This document shows positions 56,452 through 64,000 of a stretch of DNA of 64,000 nucleotides, one piece after another. The stretch covers positions 1 through 64,000 of the forward strand of contig NIVC01000716.1 of the NCBI GenBank assembly GCA_002269645.1, in the 5' to 3' direction. How positions within the stretch are numbered: position 1 is the first letter of the stretch; each line of letters starts with the position of its first letter. The position numbers and the translations under genes are program-made. The notes under the pieces were generated by a model. The model was given only the letters and a program-made list of their open reading frames with translations. It was not told the DNA's origin and did no database searches. Origin of the DNA: Macrostomum lignano. Taxonomy: Eukaryota.

Positions 56452-57150
56452 TTACACTTTCTTTGTCTCATGTGCCAGTCGAGCCCTCTCAATATCCAGT
56501 CGCTCACGCTCGATAGCTAACCGGTCTTTCTCTACCTCCAGACGTTCTTTTTCAACCCGCAGTCTCTGTTCTTCACACTGATAGATCCCCTCCATGTTGT
56601 TCATCGCGGCACGCTCAATATTGGCCCTCTTCGGAGATTTCGACAGTCCAATGGCCTGGTTAGACTCTCGTGCAGGTTGTTCGCTGAGAGCTGAGCCACT
56701 TGGCATCGGTGGTGCCGATGGGCCAGACAAGTCATTAAATGGACTCGAGCGCCGATCCGAGGAGTCTGTCTGCATTGAATCTAGTCCACCTGACACTCCG
56801 ACGATACTCTCAGGAGCCATCATTGCAGCTGCGTCCTGTTCGAAGGAAGTAAGATCTGCTGCAGTTGGAGGTCCACCCCCAGTGGCCTGCTTGTCCTGCC
56901 GCTGCGAAGCCATCTTCGATTTGACATCGGACTTCAAATCGGACGACTTTTTTCGGCACTCTTCTCCGGTCCGCTTGTTGGCACCAATAGCGTTGACGTG
57001 AGCTGCGATAGCCTCCCAAACTGCTTTCTTCTTCCTTTGCATCTCGACTTTTTGGTCTTTAGAATTGATAGTATCGAGGTACTTGTTTACGTAATTCAAC
57101 AACTCTTCCTTTTCTCCAGGCGAGAAGTTGGGTTGGCGCTTGGTCGCCAT
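56452..57150 (-). CDS. Harbinger-type Myb/SANT-like DNA-binding protein (NAIF1/MSANTD-like), about 232 aa
   Basis: MATKRQPNFSPGEKEELL..KKKAVWEAIAAHVNA..RTGEECRKKSSDLK..KQATGGGPP plus a C-terminal E/R coiled coil. The usual Trp in KKWxDLK is Ser here. Confidence 0.8.
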   Translation of the reverse strand: MATKRQPNFSPGEKEELLNYVNKYLDTINSKDQKVEMQRKKKAVWEAIAAHVNAIGANKRTGEECRKKSSDLKSDVKSKMASQRQDKQATGGGPPTAADLTSFEQDAAAMMAPESIVGVSGGLDSMQTDSSDRRSSPFNDLSGPSAPPMPSGSALSEQPARESNQAIGLSKSPKRANIERAAMNNMEGIYQCEEQRLRVEKERLEVEKDRLAIERERLDIERARLAHETKKV

Positions 57151-57223
57151 GATCTTTGCTGTCACTTGCAGTATTAAAGATATCGTACCCGGAGATCTCT
57201 CCGATAAGTGCTTCTTACGACTA

Positions 57224-57447
57224 CACCTTTTCACGTTCAATTTTGAACAAAGTCCAGTTCTAAAAAAACTAGCGGAAATTCAATTCAGACAATTCAGACT
57301 GGGGACAATTTTGTCTATGGCTAAACCTCGCTTCCGTAGCAGAATGTTTTGAACTGGGGTTTGTTGCCCCAGTCTGAATTGTCTGAATTGAATTTCCGCT
57401 AGTTTTTTTAGAACTGGACTTTGTTCAAAATTGAACGTGAAAAGGTG
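57224..57447. mobile_element. Tc1/mariner-type MITE (224 bp) inside the Harbinger derivative
   Basis: About 82-bp essentially perfect inverted arms, flanked by TA (57222-3, 57448-9). Termini CACC-TTTT..TTTTGAACAAAGTC..GCGGAAATTCAATTCA resemble the TIR at 29808. Confidence 0.85.
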
Positions 57448-58379
57448 TAATACCGAGCAGTCGTAGGGTTAAGATCAACCTTACGAAAGACCATAGACAT
57501 ACGAACGTTTCGAGAAACGGTCTTTTGCGCAAAGTTACGAGCTCGCAAAGTTGCGATCGATCCTACGTCGTTTCAAGTTGCGAGACTTTCGAGCAAGCCA
57601 TAATCACTTCCTCCCCAACTTACGTCTATGGCCGATCGTAAGTTGCTTTCGAGAAAGACCCCCCCCCAGAGCTCTGTCTGTTTGTGACTAAAACCAGTAT
57701 CAATTCCAGTGCCCGCATACTACAATTGGTAGCTTGGATTGAAGTCCATCGCGTAAAATCCTAGCTGCACCTGCATTCCGCCAGTCCCTTCCTAACCGTC
57801 AGCTTTGCTTTGCCGCACTACAAAATTCTGCTATCCGAGCTGGGTGCGGGACAGCGCGGGGGCCTTGCAATTAGCAAATACGAGCAAGAGGAGGCCAGTA
57901 ATCAGTGTTTTATCGCTGGGCGCTCAAAGGCTCCGACTGCGACTCCGATGCAGACTCTGCCGCACACAGCGGGCGGGACGTTGCACTCGCCTTAATTATT
58001 CTGCAGAACGCATCCAATTAGGCAGGGCAGCGATAGTGAGCGAGAATTTCTCTCAGTGTTGGACAGGTCGAGAACTTCGGGATCCCGCTTTGCTGACAGA
58101 CAGAGGTGGGGAAGTCGGCCTCTGTTTTGCGGCTGCACTGCGTTTTGTCACATGAGTGCTCAGGCCCGAAGCCATGAGGAGCTGACAAAGAGGCGAGAAT
58201 TTGAAGCTCACCTGCATGCACACAGCTGCAGCCGCTGTTGTGGGACAGCTGTTTTGCGACTCCTTTGAGTTCCACGAGGCAAATCGCGTTTGCATTGTTT
58301 GGCTGATCAGCTCGCTTGCTGCCGTGCGAACCAGCCAGTGCGGAATGCGGTTGAAATGTCCTGCAACATTTCTGAGCTG

Positions 58380-58383
58380 TGTC

Positions 58384-58445
<62 letters not shown>

Positions 58446-58473
58446 CTAGTGTCTGTCCTAGTGTCTGTCTGTG

Positions 58474-58529
<56 letters not shown>

Positions 58530-58600
58530 AGTCTGCCTGTCTGTCTGTCCTATTGTCTGTCTGTGTGTCTGTCTGTCTATCTGTCAGTCTGCCTTATCTG
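58380..58600. repeat. (CTGT)n microsatellite
   Basis: Direct. Confidence 0.96.
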
Positions 58601-59356
58601 TATGCCTGTCTACATCTGTGTGTGAGCATCCTTGTGTTCATCTGTCGTAGTGTCCGTCCGTCTGTCCTGATCCCGCTCTATTTTTGCCTTCTCCGCTCTG
58701 GCACACGGCCGTCCCTCAGCGGCAGCTTTATGAGCTCCCCAGAGATGTGAAGCCCCGAAGCGGCGGCCGCCACCCCAGCTGCATTTGCGGGTCTCCGGCC
58801 GGATGAGGGACAAGCAGCAAAGAGGCGACGGCTCCAGAAATCAGTGAAATATGCAAATCAGCCTCTTCTGTCCTGCTCAGCTGCCACTTTTTCTTCCATC
58901 CTGCTCGGCAGATTAATTCGCCAGACTTGCTGCTGGCGTTTTGAGCCGCTGAGAATTCCGGCAACTGTTCGCCGGATCACTCCTGCCGCAGTTCTTCACT
59001 CTGAGCAATCGTGCTCAAGGCTGCTCTTAGCCAGGCCTGAACTGCTCCACTAAATTGCTGTTGCGGTGTCAGACTTTAATTTAGACTGAGTCAAGTTTCT
59101 TCCCGCCTGCTGCAGCTCTAAATTCGACGTCCTTGGCCGGCAGGGAAGATTTTCAACCACCAATGTGCCCCCTTCCAGCTCCCCTTTACAACGGGCTATT
59201 CGATAGACCTTCTACATGGTATCCGAACTGGTCTTGGAGGAGCGTCTGCAGATTCTCTCGTCTCCCAGTCAGTGGGGGTCAAACAGAGCTGATGGAAGGA
59301 AGACGGTTCCGACACGTGTGTTCCCAGGTCACCCTTGTGTTTCACATCTCTCTCCA

Positions 59357-59755
<399 letters not shown>

Positions 59756-60250
59756 CGGATTCCGAAGCAAGCAAACCACTTAGCGGGTGCACAGAGACGG
59801 AAGCCTGAATTCATAAATCGCTGGCAGAGGAATGCCCGCAAAAAGCCAATCCCGCAAGCAAACGATGACACAGAAAGAAGCCCAATGCTGTTTACAATGC
59901 ATCGTTAAAAGCAACAAAAACCTCTGGAAACTCGTCCAGATGCGGCCTGCCTCGTTAGACGGAGCATCAATCTCCAGAAGGCGCGCGGGCCTCAAGGCAG
60001 AAAAGATTTGAGGGATCACCAGCGCAGAATGCTGAATGGCTGCAGGCAGTGAGCCGGCCATCCGGTCCAGCGTCTTCTTGCTTCAGGGGAAGCGGCGCAG
60101 CCCTTTCCCGCGCCTCTCATTGGAGCGTCAAGCCAGCGAATGCGGAGAAAGAAAAGGAGGCCTGCACTAAGTCCGTACAGTTCCTAGTCTGAAAAACAAG
60201 ACAAGTCGCGCAGGAGGGTGCAAGAGGCGGTGGCCGAGACCTGATCAGCC

Positions 60251-62430
<2,180 letters not shown>

Positions 62431-63104
62431 GTAGGGGATAATCTCGAAATGAAAGTTGGGATTAATCAGCAGGAATGCTTGTTCATAATTTGCCTCAAGA
62501 TACTTCTTGAATCAGCGCAGCCTTTATTTGAACTCTCCTGTCTGCCGGACTGAATGAGCTGCACACTCCGAGCCTGCATCTCGAGATTGCAAGCTTGCCG
62601 AGTTCAGGGGAGTCTGTGTCATGCTTGAGCTCTCCATCCTCAAGTCAGAGAAAACATAAGACGCTGACCTGCTGAAGTGTGCACTGTTGACGCCGCTCTC
62701 GGATGCGGGTCCGCCCATGGAGAGAGAAAAACTGGCCATCTCCGGGCTGCCCGAGCCCCAAAACAAATTGGCGTTGATCCAGGGCCGAGTGCAGTACAGT
62801 CAGCATCTCTGCACCTCCCATGTTATTGCCTTGGCTGCCTCTGACTACGGCATTATAGCCTTGGTGTAGCAGCGAGGTAGTCCGATTACTCATAAATGAG
62901 TACTTTTATTTCCTGAGCTGTTTGCCTGCGAGTATTAACAGAGTGATGCAAAACAAACAATCGTATATTATATCAGTGCTTGAATAGACTTGGGGTATTA
63001 CTGCATACTGAGAAATAAGATTTCACTTATAAACAAGCAGTATGTGCACCAGGTCTGAGTGGCCTCTTTGGGGCGCCTTTTTTGAACTGCGCTAACATTA
63101 GGGG

Positions 63105-64000
63105 TGCTAAAGCTGCTCTAAGAGGGCGCCAAAGCTGCTCTAAGAGGGCGGGCGCCAAAGCTATTCTAAGACGAAGGGCGCCAAAGCTACTCTAAGCGGA
63201 AGGGCGCCAAAGCTACTCTAAGAGGGCGAGCGCCAAAGCTGCTCCAAGAGGGCGGGCGCCAAAGCTACTCCAAGAGGGCGGGCGCCAAAGCTACTCTAAG
63301 AGGGCGCCAAAGCTACTCTAAGAGGGCGGGCGCCAAAGCTACTCTAAGAGAGCGCCAAAGCTACTCTAAGAGGGCGGGCGCCAAAGCTACTCTAATAGGG
63401 TGGGCGCCAAAGCTACTCTAAGAAGGCGGGCGTCAAAGCTACTCTAAGAGTGCGCCAAAGCTACTCTAAGAGGGCGGGCGCCAAAGCTACTCTAAGAGAG
63501 CGCCAAAGCTACTCTAAGAGGGTGGGCGCCAAAGCTACTCTAAGAGAGCGCCAAAGCTACTCTAAGAGGGTGGGCGCCAAAGCTACTCTAAGAGGGTGGG
63601 CGCCAAAGCTACTCTAAGAGAGCGCCAAAGCTACTCTAAGAGGGCGCCAAAGCTACTCTAAGAGGGCGGGCGCCAAAGCTACTCTAAGAGGGCGGGCGTC
63701 AAAGCTACTCTAAGAGAGCGCCAAAGCTACTCTAAGAGGGCGCCAAAGCTACTCTAAGAGGGCGGGCGCCAAAGCTACTCTAAGAGGGCGGGCGTCAAAG
63801 CTACTCTAAGAGAGCGCCAAAGCTACTCTAAGAGGGCGGGCGCCAAAGCTACTCTAAGAGAGCGCCAAAGCTACTCTAAGAGGGCGCCAAAGCTACTCTA
63901 AGAGGGCGCCAAAGCTACGCTAAGAGGGCGCCAAAGCTACTCTAAGAGGGCGGGCGCCAAAGCTACTCTAAGAGGGCGGGCGCCAAAGCTACTCTAAGAG
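63105..64000. repeat. Minisatellite, 22/26-bp unit (gggc)gggcgccaaagctactctaaga
   Basis: Direct tandem copies running to the window end. Confidence 0.96.

Larger units (their letters stand above)
56106..57666 (-). mobile_element. PIF/Harbinger deletion derivative (about 1.56 kb) lacking the transposase
   Basis: TIRs GGGGTCTTTCTC(C/G)AAA at both ends; CAG (CWG-type) 3-bp TSD at 56103-05 and 57667-69; carries a Myb/SANT ORF. Confidence 0.78.

Overview
Eukaryotic (metazoan) genomic DNA. It has GC-rich coding exons, GT-AG introns and a different minisatellite in most larger introns. This architecture suggests a free-living flatworm such as Macrostomum, but that is inference only. Genes, with exons rebuilt by hand from splice sites and reading phase: (1) a divergent axonemal dynein heavy chain (outer-arm gamma/DNAH5-8-like) on the minus strand, about 31 exons from ATG 26880 through tail, linker, AAA1-4 and into the stalk, running off the window start; (2) a small secreted three-finger/Ly6-like protein; (3) mitochondrial ATP synthase beta (5 exons) followed 723 bp later on the same strand by an intronless ATP synthase subunit g; (4) a trachealess/NPAS1-3-type bHLH-PAS factor (6 exons, minus) that stops right after PAS-B; (5) the first exons of an unidentified plus-strand gene. 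Intergenic and intronic DNA holds relics of transposons: a SAP-domain DIRS/Ngaro-like gag, a Tc1/mariner with nested insertions and a related MITE, two Crypton-like fragments, an hAT non-autonomous element, and a Harbinger derivative carrying only its Myb/SANT gene. The best leads are a candidate ATP-synthase operon resolved by trans-splicing, a 70-bp satellite built from an hAT end plus TSD plus flank, minisatellites that copy splice donors, and several unrelated arrays made of E2F-consensus sites. Most long ORFs in the supplied track are artefacts of repeats.
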